Shown in pieces: positions 47,779 to 57,587 of a DNA stretch of 64,000 nt. Below the pieces are notes generated by a model. That model was not told the DNA's origin. It made no database searches and was given only the letters and a program-made list of their open reading frames with translations. This stretch comes from Myxococcota bacterium. Its GTDB lineage: Bacteria; Myxococcota_A; UBA9160; SZUA-336. The stretch's first letter is position 1. Every line of letters starts with the position of its first letter. The DNA lies in assembly GCA_965247115.1 (NCBI GenBank), contig CBDFGR010000003.1, positions 1,312,001 through 1,376,000 on the forward strand. Direction: 5' to 3'. Both the position numbers and the translations under genes were made by a program.

Positions 47779-49482
47779 ATGAGTAACGTGGAGCGAGAGC
47801 GGCTGGACGTAGACATCCTCTTCGTGGGAGCTGGAGCCGCAACCTTGTCTTGCGCGATCCGTCTCGCCCAGCTCTGCCAGGAGCAGAACCTGGAGATGCC
47901 GGCCATTCTCGTGATCGAGAAGGCGCCCGAGGTCGGAGCCCACCAGCTCTCAGGAGCGATGATGGATCCGGTCGCGCTGGGCGAGCTCATTCCCGACTTC
48001 GAAGAGCAGGGCTTTCCGTATCACTATCGCTGCACCAAGGACGCGGTCTGGGTCCTGACGAAGACCGGGAGGTCCTACACCTTCCCCATCACTCCTCCCC
48101 CGTTCGCCAACCACGGGAACTACGCCATCTCGCTCTCCGACACCGTGAAGTGGCTGTCGACGAAGGCTGAGGAGCTGGGCATCGAGATCTATCCGGGCTT
48201 CCCCGCCGCTCGCCCTCTCTTCGAAGAAGATCGCCTGGTCGGTGTCCAGATCCAGGACCGGGGCATCGACGGGGACGGAAAGCAGAAGGGCGTCTTCGAG
48301 GCGGGCCCTGAGATCTACGCCAGGTGCGTCGTGTTCGGCGAGGGCCCGCGCGGGTCGTGTACGAAGCAGCTGCTCGACCGGTTCGACATGCACGGGGAGA
48401 ACCCGCAGTCCTACGAGACGGGGATCAAGGAGATCTGGAAGATCAAGCCCGAGAACCACCAGCCGGGCCGCGTGATTCATACCATGGGCTACCCACACGA
48501 CCCCACGACCTTCGGTGGCGGCTGGATCTACGATCTCAAGGACAGCCACATCTCTCTCGGGTTCGTGACCGGACTCAACTACGACAACCCGTACACGGAT
48601 CCCCACGACGCCATGCAGCGCTTCAAGACGCACCCGAAGATCGCGAAGATTCTCGAAGGCGGGGAGTGCATCCGCTACGGCGCCAAGACGCTGCCCGCCG
48701 GGGGCCACTTCGCCCAGCCCAAGCTCTACGCGAACGGTGCGCTGCTCGTGGGAGATTCCGCCGGCACGTGTAACGGCGGACGGCTCAAGGGCGTGCACCT
48801 CGCCATGAAGAGCGGGATGCTGGCCGCCGAGGCGCTGATCGACGCGGTGACGAAGGACGATTTCTCCGAGGCGACACTCTCACGCTACAAGGAGCTCTAC
48901 GACGAGAGCTGGGCCTACAAGCAGCACTGGTTCGATCGGAACTTTCATGCCTCCTTCGACTTTGCGCAGAAGATGCCGCGCTGGCTGGGGTGGCTCCGCC
49001 AGCTCCCGTGGCTGCTCAACGGACAGGTACTGGCCATGCTGACAGGGGGGAGAGGTCTCTTCCGGCATGTGAAGTCCCATCCGGATCACACGCACATGAA
49101 GAAGCTCCGCGAGCTCACGCCGCAGGAGCGGCGCAAGTCGGAGAAGCTCGCGTACGACAACAAGCTGACCTTCGACAAGGTGACAGCGGTCTCACTCGCT
49201 GGCTCCCGGCATGAGGTCGACCAGCCGCACCACCTGGTTGTCGCGGACACGGACGTGTGTGCCGATCAGTGCGCCGAAGAGTACGGCAATCCCTGCGAGA
49301 GCTTCTGTCCCGCGGACGTCTACGAGATGATCGACGACGACGATAAGCCGGGAGCACGCAAGCTCATCATCCATCACGAAAACTGCGTGCACTGCAAGAC
49401 CTGCGACGTCGCCGACCCCTACCAGATCATCACCTGGACTACCCCGGAAGGCGGCGAGGGTCCCGACTACACACAGATGTAG
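47779..49482 (+). CDS. Electron transfer flavoprotein:quinone oxidoreductase
   Basis: VGAGAA, EK...GAHQLSGA, EIYPGF, GDSAG, KGVHLAMKSG and the 4Fe-4S CP...CVHCKTCD...PEGGEGPDY tail. Confidence 0.95.
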   Translation: MSNVERERLDVDILFVGAGAATLSCAIRLAQLCQEQNLEMPAILVIEKAPEVGAHQLSGAMMDPVALGELIPDFEEQGFPYHYRCTKDAVWVLTKTGRSYTFPITPPPFANHGNYAISLSDTVKWLSTKAEELGIEIYPGFPAARPLFEEDRLVGVQIQDRGIDGDGKQKGVFEAGPEIYARCVVFGEGPRGSCTKQLLDRFDMHGENPQSYETGIKEIWKIKPENHQPGRVIHTMGYPHDPTTFGGGWIYDLKDSHISLGFVTGLNYDNPYTDPHDAMQRFKTHPKIAKILEGGECIRYGAKTLPAGGHFAQPKLYANGALLVGDSAGTCNGGRLKGVHLAMKSGMLAAEALIDAVTKDDFSEATLSRYKELYDESWAYKQHWFDRNFHASFDFAQKMPRWLGWLRQLPWLLNGQVLAMLTGGRGLFRHVKSHPDHTHMKKLRELTPQERRKSEKLAYDNKLTFDKVTAVSLAGSRHEVDQPHHLVVADTDVCADQCAEEYGNPCESFCPADVYEMIDDDDKPGARKLIIHHENCVHCKTCDVADPYQIITWTTPEGGEGPDYTQM

Positions 49483-49490
49483 CGGGCGGG

Positions 49491-49964
49491 CTAAGACTCA
49501 CACAGGTCGCCGCGGCCGTCGCCGTCGGAGTCGTCCTGACCGCGGTTCGGAAGCTCGGGACAGTTGTCCTGGCTATCCGAGATCCCATCGCCGTCCCTAT
49601 CCGGGCCGCGGGAGTCTGGATCGGCAATGAGCGCACCGATCCCCCCACCAAGGATGCCACCGGCGAGAGCTCCCCAGGCCGCCCCCCCGCCATGATTCGA
49701 GCTGCTCAGGCCACCCACCGCTGCCCCCACTCCTGCCCCGATCGCAGCCCCGTCCTTCATTCCGGTAGGCTTTGCACAACCCGCCAGTAGGAGCAGCCCG
49801 GCAAGCGCAGCGATGGCGAGGGGCCTCCGCGAAGGTGGGTGGCCGCAAGCCGCGCCAAAGGCGCGGTGCGCAGTGAGGCGATAGCCGAACGAAGAGCGGG
49901 TGGCGCGCGACCGCTCGCGCGCCGGGCCCCGCAAGACGGGCCGCCCGCGGGCCGGGTCCCGCAT
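49491..49964 (-). CDS. Small lipoprotein with glycine zipper and thrombospondin type-3 Ca-binding repeats (start uncertain; 5' end coincides with repeat A)
   Basis: LLLLAGC lipobox, GAAIGAGVGAAVG..GALAGGILGGGIG and DRDGDGISDSQDNCP..QDDSDGDGRGDLC. Confidence 0.75.
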   Translation of the reverse strand: MRDPARGRPVLRGPARERSRATRSSFGYRLTAHRAFGAACGHPPSRRPLAIAALAGLLLLAGCAKPTGMKDGAAIGAGVGAAVGGLSSSNHGGGAAWGALAGGILGGGIGALIADPDSRGPDRDGDGISDSQDNCPELPNRGQDDSDGDGRGDLCES

Positions 49965-49966
49965 GA
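49829..49966 (-). repeat. Repeat family A, copy 5 (nested or duplicated, degenerate)
   Basis: Minus strand: TCATGCGGGACCCGGCCCGCGGGCGGCCC-GTCTTGCGGGGCCCGG...GCGCGGCTTG-CGGCCACCCACCTTCGC. Confidence 0.78.
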
Positions 49967-49971
49967 CCTGA

Positions 49972-52713
49972 CTAGCCGCAGCCCCCGGTCTCGCCGCACG
50001 TTGGGCAGGTGTAGCAGCTGCCTGCCCGGAACATGATCGTGCCACAGCTCGCGCACGGCGGCGCATCCTCTTGACCACCCAGACGGGTAGGCTCGCCGAC
50101 GCTGCCTCCGCGGATCGGCACGACGCGATCTGCTGGACTGCGGAGCCCGACCTCCTCCGCTTCCGTCTCCTGCGTATCTACCGATACCGCCTCGCCCTGC
50201 AGGAAGGTAAGGCCGAGCCAGCGGAACACGTAGTCGGTGACGGACTTCGCGATCGGAATGTCGGAGCTCTGCGTGAAGCCAGAAGGCTCGAAACGAGTGT
50301 GGCTGAACTTGTCGACAAGCGCCTTCAGCGGAACCCCGTACTGCAAGGCGATCGAGGTCATGATCGCGAACTGGTCCATCAGGCCCGAGATCGTCGACCC
50401 CTCCTTCGCCATCTTCAAGAACAGCTCGCCCGGCTGGCCGTTCTCATAGAGTCCGACCGTGATGTAGCCGTCGTGGCCTGCGATCGAGAACTTGTGAGTG
50501 ATCGCCTGACGGACATCGGGGAGCTTCCTGCGTCGCAGCTCCGGGTCCGCAGAGAGCTCGAGGGCCCCGGTCTCTTCCTTCAGCTCGTCGGCTTTCGTAC
50601 TCAGCGGCTGGGTCCGTTTCGAGCCGTCGCGATAGACGGCCAGTGACTTCAGACCGAGCTTCCAGGCCTCCGTGTAAGCCTCCTCGACGTCCGAGACGGC
50701 GCACTCCTTTGGCATATTCACGGTCTTGGAGATGCCCCCGGACAGGAATGGCTGCGCCGAGGCCATCATCCGGATGTGGCCCAAGTAGTGAATCGAGCGC
50801 TCGCCCCGCGCGGAGACGAAGGCGCAGTCGAAGATGGGCAGATGCCTGTCCTCGAGGAACGGGGCTCCCTCGATCGTGTCGTTCTCGTCGATGTACTCGG
50901 CAATCGCTGCGATCTGGACGTCGCTGTAGCCGTGATTCCGCAGCGCCACCGACACCGTCCGGTTCGCGATCTTGAGCACCCCGCCGCCGACGAGCTGCTT
51001 GTACTTGACTAGCGCGATGTCAGGCTCGATCCCGGTCGTGTCGCAGTCCATCATGAACGCGATCGTTCCCGTCGGCGCGATGACCGTCACCTGGGCGTTG
51101 CGATACCCGTGCGCCCGTCCGAGCTCGAGCGCCTCGTCCCACGACTGGCGTGCCGCGACCTGCAGGTCAACGGGCACTCCCTCGGAGTCCAGCCGGCCCG
51201 CGTACTCGGCGTGGAGGCCGATCACCTCGAGGAAGGGAACGCGGTTCTTGTGGTACTCGGCGAAGGGTCCCGTGCGTCGCGCGATCTCGGCCGAGCGTCG
51301 GTAGGCGCGCCCGCTCATGAGCGAGGTCACCGCTCCACAGAGGTTTCTGCCCTCGCGGCTATCGTAGGCGAGGCCGTTCAACATGATGAAAGCGCCCAGG
51401 TTCGCGTAGCCCAGCCCGAGCGGTCGCAGCGCATGGCTGTTCTTGGCGATCTTAGACGTGGGGTAGTCCGCGAAGTCGACGATGATCTCCATGGCGAGGA
51501 TCAGCACGTCGACCGCCTGCACGAAGTCCTCCACGAGGAAGCGGCCCCGCTCGTCTGCGAACTTGAGCAGGTTCAGCGAGGCAAGATTACAGGCCGTATC
51601 GTCGAGGAAAATGAACTCGCTGCAGGGATTCGTCGCGTTGATGCGGCCGCTGTTCTTGACCGGATTCCAGCGGTTGATGGTCGTGTCGTACTGCAGGCCT
51701 GGGTCCCCGCAGACGTGCGCGGCCTCCGCGATCTCACGGATCACATCGCGCGCCTGATAGGTGTGGACGACCTCTCCGGTGGTCACCGCGCGCGTCTGCC
51801 AGGTGGCATCGCTCGCGATCGCCTTCATGAAGCCGTCCGAGACGCGAACGGAGTGGTTCGCGTTCTGGTACTGGATGGAGTCGTACGCGCCTCCCGGCAC
51901 GTTGAAGCGCCCGTCGTAGCCCGCGTCGATCAGCGTCCAGGCCTTTTGCTCCTCGCCGGCCTTGCAGCGCACGAAGTCGAGAATGTCGGGGTGATCGGCG
52001 TTCAGGATCACCATCTTCGCTGCGCGACGTGTCTTCCCGCCCGATCGAATCACCCCAGCAAACGAGTCGAAGCCCTTCATGAAGGACACCGGGCCGCTGG
52101 CCATACCTCCGCCGGTGAGCGGCTCGACGGAGCTGCGAACGTAGGAGAGGTTCGTCCCTGTGCCCGAACCTCCCTTGAAGAGCATGGCCTCGACCCGTGC
52201 GAGATCCATGATCGAGCCCATGTCGTCTTCTACAGAGTTGATGAAGCAGGCGCTGGCCTGCTGCGGGACCATGCGGCCGTCGGGCTCGACCACGCCCAGG
52301 TTGAACCAGACGGGGGAGTTGAAGCAGGCCTTCTGGTGCAGGAGCACGTGCGTGAGCTCATCCGAGAAGGTCTCTTCCTGCTCCGGGCTCGCGAAGTAGT
52401 CGCCCTCACGACCCCAATCACGAAGCGTCTTGACGACTCGACCGATCAGCTGCCGAACGCTGTGCTCGCGCTGCGGGCTCCCGAGGTGTCCGCGGAAGTA
52501 CTTGGAGGCCACGATGTTGGTGGCCAGGGGTGACCAGCTCTCGGGAACCTCGACGCCTTCTTGCTCGAAGACCGGCTCGCCGTCATCTCCCTGGATGCGG
52601 GCCGTTCGCAGCTCCCATTTGGCGCTCTCGTAAACGTCCTGATCCGGTCGCGTGAAGTGTCTTCGAAGCCCGATTTCCTCCGCCCCTTCGCCGTACCTCA
52701 AGCTTTCTGCCAC
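49972..52713 (-). CDS. nrdJ: Class II (B12-dependent) ribonucleotide reductase with TSCPD domain and Zn ribbon
   Basis: FNSPVWFN, QASACFI, GGKTRRAAKM, TNPCSE, APTGTI, ISKTVNM and C-terminal CASC..CPTCG...GC. Confidence 0.97.
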   Translation of the reverse strand: MAESLRYGEGAEEIGLRRHFTRPDQDVYESAKWELRTARIQGDDGEPVFEQEGVEVPESWSPLATNIVASKYFRGHLGSPQREHSVRQLIGRVVKTLRDWGREGDYFASPEQEETFSDELTHVLLHQKACFNSPVWFNLGVVEPDGRMVPQQASACFINSVEDDMGSIMDLARVEAMLFKGGSGTGTNLSYVRSSVEPLTGGGMASGPVSFMKGFDSFAGVIRSGGKTRRAAKMVILNADHPDILDFVRCKAGEEQKAWTLIDAGYDGRFNVPGGAYDSIQYQNANHSVRVSDGFMKAIASDATWQTRAVTTGEVVHTYQARDVIREIAEAAHVCGDPGLQYDTTINRWNPVKNSGRINATNPCSEFIFLDDTACNLASLNLLKFADERGRFLVEDFVQAVDVLILAMEIIVDFADYPTSKIAKNSHALRPLGLGYANLGAFIMLNGLAYDSREGRNLCGAVTSLMSGRAYRRSAEIARRTGPFAEYHKNRVPFLEVIGLHAEYAGRLDSEGVPVDLQVAARQSWDEALELGRAHGYRNAQVTVIAPTGTIAFMMDCDTTGIEPDIALVKYKQLVGGGVLKIANRTVSVALRNHGYSDVQIAAIAEYIDENDTIEGAPFLEDRHLPIFDCAFVSARGERSIHYLGHIRMMASAQPFLSGGISKTVNMPKECAVSDVEEAYTEAWKLGLKSLAVYRDGSKRTQPLSTKADELKEETGALELSADPELRRRKLPDVRQAITHKFSIAGHDGYITVGLYENGQPGELFLKMAKEGSTISGLMDQFAIMTSIALQYGVPLKALVDKFSHTRFEPSGFTQSSDIPIAKSVTDYVFRWLGLTFLQGEAVSVDTQETEAEEVGLRSPADRVVPIRGGSVGEPTRLGGQEDAPPCASCGTIMFRAGSCYTCPTCGETGGCG

Positions 52714-52943
52714 ACCAAGCTTCCTCAGCCCCTCCTCATCTCCAGGTCCGGAGACTCGAGTATCAGAAAGAATCTGGGGGTCAAGGAGAGGCTCTGAACC
52801 TCAGAGCCCCCGGGCTGGCGACCTCCTCCAGGCTCACCGCCCGCTCCCCTCTTGCCGCCCGTAGCCCCCCCTGGCTGCATGAGAGAATCCTTGAGTCCCA
52901 ACGATGGTTGTAGTTCTCGCCGTCCAAAGGGTCAACCGTTGGT

Positions 52944-52990
52944 GCACAATATCTTGCGGTTCCAAATCCTGGACCTCCAAGATATTGAGT
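52944..52990. promoter_or_regulatory. Tandem NrdR boxes upstream of nrdJ
   Basis: GCACAATATCTTGCGG (52944-52959) and CTCCAAGATATTGAGT (52975-52990) match acaCwAtATaTwGwgt with a 31-bp period. Confidence 0.85.
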
Positions 52991-53163
52991 TAGTTGGGGT
53001 TTCTAGGCCAGCTTCCGCTTGGAGCGAGACGGGGCTCAGGTTCCGAACCGGCCCGGTCGCCGCAGGGGTCCGCACAACCTATTGAAAAAGCAGGCGTTTC
53101 GTGACCGCTGACCCCGTTCTGGAGTCAGCGTGTAGACTGGCCGCACCTCGGGGAGGTCTCGCT

Positions 53164-53991
53164 GTGGAGAAGCTCGTCTCGGGCTATGGATTAATCGAAG
53201 GACCGCGGGTCGACCAGCAGGGGAACCTCTACTTCAGCGACGTGACAAACGGCGGGGTCTTCGTGCGCCGGCCCGATGGTCAGCTCGAGACCGTGGTGCC
53301 GAAGCGCCGCGGCGTCGGGGGCATCGCGCTGCACGCCGACGGCGGGCTCGTCATCTCGGGACGCAACATCTGCCACGTGAAGGACGGCAAGACGCGGGTG
53401 CTCTTCGACCGCGAGGACATCCCGAGCTTCAATGACCTGTACACCGACGCCGAGGGCCGCGTGTACGCGGGCAGCCTGCGCCAAGATCCCTTCTCCGAGT
53501 CCGGGCCGCGCACGGCCGGGGAGATGTATCGCATCGACGCGGAAGGGAAGGCGGTCGAGCTGTATGGAGACGTCGCGCTGACCAACGGGATCGGCTTCTC
53601 GCCCGACGGCCGCCGGCTCTACCACTCGGACTCGGCACGGCGACACATCATCGTGCACCGCGTGGCAGCCGACGGCACGGTGAGCGAGCGCAGAGTATTT
53701 GTGGAGCTCGAGCGGGGAGCGCCGGACGGGCTGGCCGTCGACGAAGAAGGAGGCGTCTGGACGGCGGCGGTCGGTGCGGGCTGCCTCATGCGCTTCGATC
53801 CGGATGGGAAGCTCGATCGTGTCGTCGAGGTCCCGGCCAAGACCGTCACCAGCCTGTGTTTTGCTTTGGACGATCCTAGAGTCATCTACATCGCGACGGC
53901 CGACAACACGCAGGATCCCGAGCTCAAGGGCTGCGTCTTCCGCGTGCGGGGATCGGTTGCCGGGTTGCGCGCACCGCGTGCACGGATTTGA
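53164..53991 (+). CDS. SMP-30/gluconolactonase family protein
   Basis: EGP, YFSDV, FND, NGIGFSPDG and PDGLAVD motifs; GTG with GGAGG SD. Confidence 0.93.
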   Translation: MEKLVSGYGLIEGPRVDQQGNLYFSDVTNGGVFVRRPDGQLETVVPKRRGVGGIALHADGGLVISGRNICHVKDGKTRVLFDREDIPSFNDLYTDAEGRVYAGSLRQDPFSESGPRTAGEMYRIDAEGKAVELYGDVALTNGIGFSPDGRRLYHSDSARRHIIVHRVAADGTVSERRVFVELERGAPDGLAVDEEGGVWTAAVGAGCLMRFDPDGKLDRVVEVPAKTVTSLCFALDDPRVIYIATADNTQDPELKGCVFRVRGSVAGLRAPRARI

Positions 53992-54616
53992 GCACGTCTT
54001 CGACGCGGAGCTGCGAGAGCGCATCACCACACACCTCGAACGCCATGAGCGCCGCGGCCACCAGGACTCGACCAAGAGGCGAGCGGCCGTCGCGATCGTG
54101 CTCGTCCCGGATGCCGAAAACGAGGCGAGCTTCGTCATCACGCGCCGCGCCGAGACGCTCAGCGCGCACGGAGGACAGTGGGCAATCCCAGGAGGACGGG
54201 TCGATGCGGGCGAGAGCCCCGAACAGACAGCCCTGCGAGAGCTCCGGGAGGAGGTGGGACTGCGCCTTCCCGAGGCGAACGTGCTCGGGCTGCTCGACGA
54301 TTACCCGACGCGCTCGGGGTACGTGATCACTCCCGTCGTGGTCTGGGGCGATCGTGCGGGAGAGCTCGCTCCGAACCCGGCCGAGGTCGCCAAAGCCTAC
54401 GTCGTTCCGCTGCAGGCGCTGGATCTGCCGCAGATCCCCCAGCTGCGCGCCATCCCGGAGAGCGACCGGCCCGTGCTGTCCCTACCTATAGACGTGCTGG
54501 GAGTCAATGTGCACGCCCCTACCGCGGCGGTCCTGTTCCAGCTGCGAGAGGTGGCGGTGCACGGCAGGCCCACGCGGGTGGACCACTTCGAGCAGCCCGT
54601 CTTCGCCTGGCGTTGA
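53978..54616 (+). CDS. Nudix CoA pyrophosphatase (NudL-like)
   Basis: TRRAETLSAHGGQWAIPGGRVD..E....ALRELREEVG and NPAEVA. Confidence 0.9.
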   Translation: MHGFEHVFDAELRERITTHLERHERRGHQDSTKRRAAVAIVLVPDAENEASFVITRRAETLSAHGGQWAIPGGRVDAGESPEQTALRELREEVGLRLPEANVLGLLDDYPTRSGYVITPVVVWGDRAGELAPNPAEVAKAYVVPLQALDLPQIPQLRAIPESDRPVLSLPIDVLGVNVHAPTAAVLFQLREVAVHGRPTRVDHFEQPVFAWR

Positions 54617-54665
54617 GCCCCGCGCCAGGGTGCGGAGGGAGGGCAGCTCCCGTACCCTGCGCACG

Positions 54666-56462
54666 ATGACGGGGGAAGCGAGTGGGGTCCGCGCCTGCTA
54701 CCAGGATCGGCTCGAGGCGCGCCGCGCGGCCGTTACCGAGCGAGGCGCGCGCGCGCGCTGGCTCGCGAACACACGGCTCGCTGTGTTCGCGCTGGGCGTC
54801 GCACTGGTGGCGCTGGCCTTTCAGAACGGGAGCTACGTATGGGCGGCAGCCGCCGCCGCCGTCCTGTTCGTCGGGCTCGTGCTCGCCCACGACTCTGCAA
54901 AACGGCAGCTCCTGCGCGCCGAACGCGCGGCGGACTGGTACCAGCGCGCCCTGGACCGTCTCGATTACCACTTCGAGGGCCGCGGTCACAGCGGCGACCG
55001 CTTTCTCGATCCGGATCATCCCTACGGAACGCACCTGGACCTGTTCGGGCGGGGCTCGCTCTTCGAGTTCCTGAGCCTGGCTCACACCGCTGCCGGGGAG
55101 GAGACCCTGGCGCGCTGGCTATTGCAGCCCGCCTCTGCTGACGAGGTTCGAGCCCGCCAGTCCGCCGTCCTCGAGCTGCGTCCCTCGCTCGACCTGCGTG
55201 AGGAGCTCGCGAAGCTCGGTCCGGAGTTTCGTGAGGGGCTGCATCCGGAGCAGCTCGTGGACTGGGGCAACGGGCCCCCCATCCTGGAGCCACGGACCGG
55301 ACTGCGGATCTCAGCTCTGGCGCTTCCATGCGCCGGCGGCCTGGCAGCGTGCGCCGCGATCTTTGCCGGGGCCGGCATCCTGCCCCTGCTGGCGGTCCTC
55401 GCGCTGCAGGTCGGCTGGGCGCTGCTCTTGCGCCGACGCGTCGCACAGGTGCTCCGGGCAGTCGAACGCCCGGCCCGCGAGCTCGCGCGCCTGGTCGGTC
55501 TGCTGGAGCTCCTGGAGTCGGAGCGCTTCTCAGCGCCCCGACTCGTGGAGCTGCGAGCCGCGCTCGACACGGAGGGGATCGCCCCGTCGCGCCAGGTCGC
55601 ACGGCTGGGCCGACTCGTCACCCTGCTCGACTCGCGCAGAAATCAGCTCTTCGCGCTGGTCGCGCCCCTGCTGCTCTGGGGGACCCAGCTCGCCCTTGCG
55701 CTCGAGCGCTGGCGGCTCGTCTGCGGGCCGCGCCTGGCAGAGTGGATCCAGACGGTCGGGGATTTCGAAGCGCTCTCTGATCTGGCGAGCTACGCGTACG
55801 AGCACCCTGACGACCCATTCCCGGAGATCCGCTCCGAGGGCCCATACCTGGAGGCGGAAGGATTGGGCCACCCGCTCCTCTCTGCAGAAGTCTGCGTGCG
55901 CAACAATCTCCGTCTCGACCCGGAGCTCGCGCTGCTCGTCGTCAGCGGCTCCAACATGTCGGGCAAGAGCACACTCCTGCGCAGCGTCGGGAGCAGCGTC
56001 GTGATGGGGCTCGCCGGCGCCCCCGTGCGTGCGCGGCGACTGTGCCTCTCGCCGCTCTCCCTTGGCGCGTCGCTGCGGATCCAGGACTCGCTGCTCGACG
56101 GCAAGTCGCGCTTCTACGCCGAGATCACCTGCCTGAAAGGCATCGTGGCCCAGGCGGACAACGGCCCACCGCTCCTGTTCCTGCTGGACGAGATCCTCCA
56201 GGGCACGAACTCGCACGATCGTCGCATCGGCGCGACCGAGCTCGTGAGAGGCCTCGTGAACCGCGGCGCCCTCGGCCTCATCACGACCCACGACCTGGCG
56301 CTCACCGAGATGGTCGACGAGCTCGCCCCGCGCGCCCGCAACACCCATTTCGAAGACCAGCTCGTCGACGGCCAGATGTCCTTCGACTACAAGCTCCGCG
56401 AAGGAGTCGTCACCCGCGGCAACGCCCTATCCCTCATGCGCGCCGTCGGCCTCGACGTCTAA
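54666..56462 (+). CDS. Membrane-anchored MutS-like ATPase (domain V only)
   Basis: N-terminal TM pair, DLFGRGSLF, GHPLL, SGSNMSGKST, SRFYAE, LDEILQGTNS and TTHD motifs. Confidence 0.92.
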   Translation: MTGEASGVRACYQDRLEARRAAVTERGARARWLANTRLAVFALGVALVALAFQNGSYVWAAAAAAVLFVGLVLAHDSAKRQLLRAERAADWYQRALDRLDYHFEGRGHSGDRFLDPDHPYGTHLDLFGRGSLFEFLSLAHTAAGEETLARWLLQPASADEVRARQSAVLELRPSLDLREELAKLGPEFREGLHPEQLVDWGNGPPILEPRTGLRISALALPCAGGLAACAAIFAGAGILPLLAVLALQVGWALLLRRRVAQVLRAVERPARELARLVGLLELLESERFSAPRLVELRAALDTEGIAPSRQVARLGRLVTLLDSRRNQLFALVAPLLLWGTQLALALERWRLVCGPRLAEWIQTVGDFEALSDLASYAYEHPDDPFPEIRSEGPYLEAEGLGHPLLSAEVCVRNNLRLDPELALLVVSGSNMSGKSTLLRSVGSSVVMGLAGAPVRARRLCLSPLSLGASLRIQDSLLDGKSRFYAEITCLKGIVAQADNGPPLLFLLDEILQGTNSHDRRIGATELVRGLVNRGALGLITTHDLALTEMVDELAPRARNTHFEDQLVDGQMSFDYKLREGVVTRGNALSLMRAVGLDV

Positions 56463-56514
56463 AACTTACCTAGGAGATAACTTGGGGACCCCAAGTTATC
56501 TCCTAGGTAAGTTT
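56462..56514. repeat. Perfect 26-bp inverted repeat with 1-nt spacer between convergent genes
   Basis: AAACTTACCTAGGAGATAACTTGGGG-A-CCCCAAGTTATCTCCTAGGTAAGTTT. Confidence 0.95.
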
Positions 56515-57198
56515 CTCGAGGTAGGTGAGGCGGAGGCCGGCGCCTTCGGGGAGCTTGTAGCGGGAGTTGATGCCGATCAGCAGCGCGGTGAGCTGCTCGA
56601 CGTAGCGGGCGTTGTAGAGGGGGCCGCCGTCGATGGCCCGGGCTCCGGGGATGTCGTCGCATAGGGCGCTCACGCGGCTGCGCCCTTCCTTCGCTCCGGA
56701 GATGATGACGTCGCACTCGACAGGGTTGTCGACGTCGAGCAGCCGGTGCGCGGCCACGTTCTGGAAGGCAGAGATTACGTGGACACCCTTCGGGGCCAGG
56801 CCCTGACACAGCTCGGCGCACGAGCCCTGCGAGACGCCGATCACGCGGCCAGGGACGTCCCCGATCGAGGTCGCAAGCGGGACGCCCATCGAGACCAGCA
56901 CCGTTCCCGGCGAGAGCTCATCACGGATGCTCTTGACTGTGCTCGCCGTGTGCTCGAACGGGACCGACACGATGACGATGCCGTCCTTGGCTGCGCGCGT
57001 AGCCTCTGGGTTCTCGAAGCCTCGGACGTCCGCGTCCTGGAACTTCGCCAGCACCTCTTTCTCCGCATCCAGCGCGCGGTCGGCCCGACGGCTTCCGATC
57101 CGGACTGAGCGCCCGGCCGCCGCAAAGCGGTAGGCCAGCCCGAGACCCTGCTCGCCAGTTCCGCCCAGAATCGCCACCACTTCTTTCGACATCTCCAT
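56503..57198 (-). CDS. npdG: NADPH-dependent F420 reductase
   Basis: ILGGTGEQGLGLA.R, IGSR, GSCAE, AFQNV.A, DGGPL.NA..VE.LTALLI.IN motifs. Confidence 0.9.
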   Translation of the reverse strand: MEMSKEVVAILGGTGEQGLGLAYRFAAAGRSVRIGSRRADRALDAEKEVLAKFQDADVRGFENPEATRAAKDGIVIVSVPFEHTASTVKSIRDELSPGTVLVSMGVPLATSIGDVPGRVIGVSQGSCAELCQGLAPKGVHVISAFQNVAAHRLLDVDNPVECDVIISGAKEGRSRVSALCDDIPGARAIDGGPLYNARYVEQLTALLIGINSRYKLPEGAGLRLTYLEKLT

Positions 57199-57272
57199 CC
57201 CTTCGTGTGCCCCCTGCCGCGGTCCTCGCTCCGGAGCAGCGGATCCTAGCAGAGGTGAGCTACCCTCACGGC

Positions 57273-57587
57273 GTGAGCGAGCCCGCGACGCCCACGGCTA
57301 TCAACCAGGCCGGCCCAGACACCCTGCAGATCGTCTGGAACGACGGGCACGACAGCCTCTATTCGGTGCGCGCGTTGCGGCTCGCGTGTCGCTGCGCGCA
57401 CTGTGTGGAAGAGGGCACCGGCCGCCCGCTGCTCGACGAGACCAACGTGCCCCTGGACGTCCGACCCGTGCAGATCTCTCCCGTCGGTCGGTACGCGATT
57501 CAGTTCACCTGGAGCGACGGTCACGACACCGGCATCCACACGTTCGAGTACCTCCGCAGCCTCTGCCCCTGCTGTGCACCGTGTTGA
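57273..57587 (+). CDS. DUF971 / GBBH-like N-terminal domain protein
   Basis: WNDGH, LRLACRCAHC, VGRYAI and WSDGHDTGI...YLR motifs. Confidence 0.88.
   Translation: MSEPATPTAINQAGPDTLQIVWNDGHDSLYSVRALRLACRCAHCVEEGTGRPLLDETNVPLDVRPVQISPVGRYAIQFTWSDGHDTGIHTFEYLRSLCPCCAPC

Noticed and set aside
52714..52940. Cobalamin riboswitch upstream of nrdJ
   Set aside because: Only a simple GGCTCTGA/TCAGAGCC hairpin and no B12-box; the NrdR boxes explain regulation.
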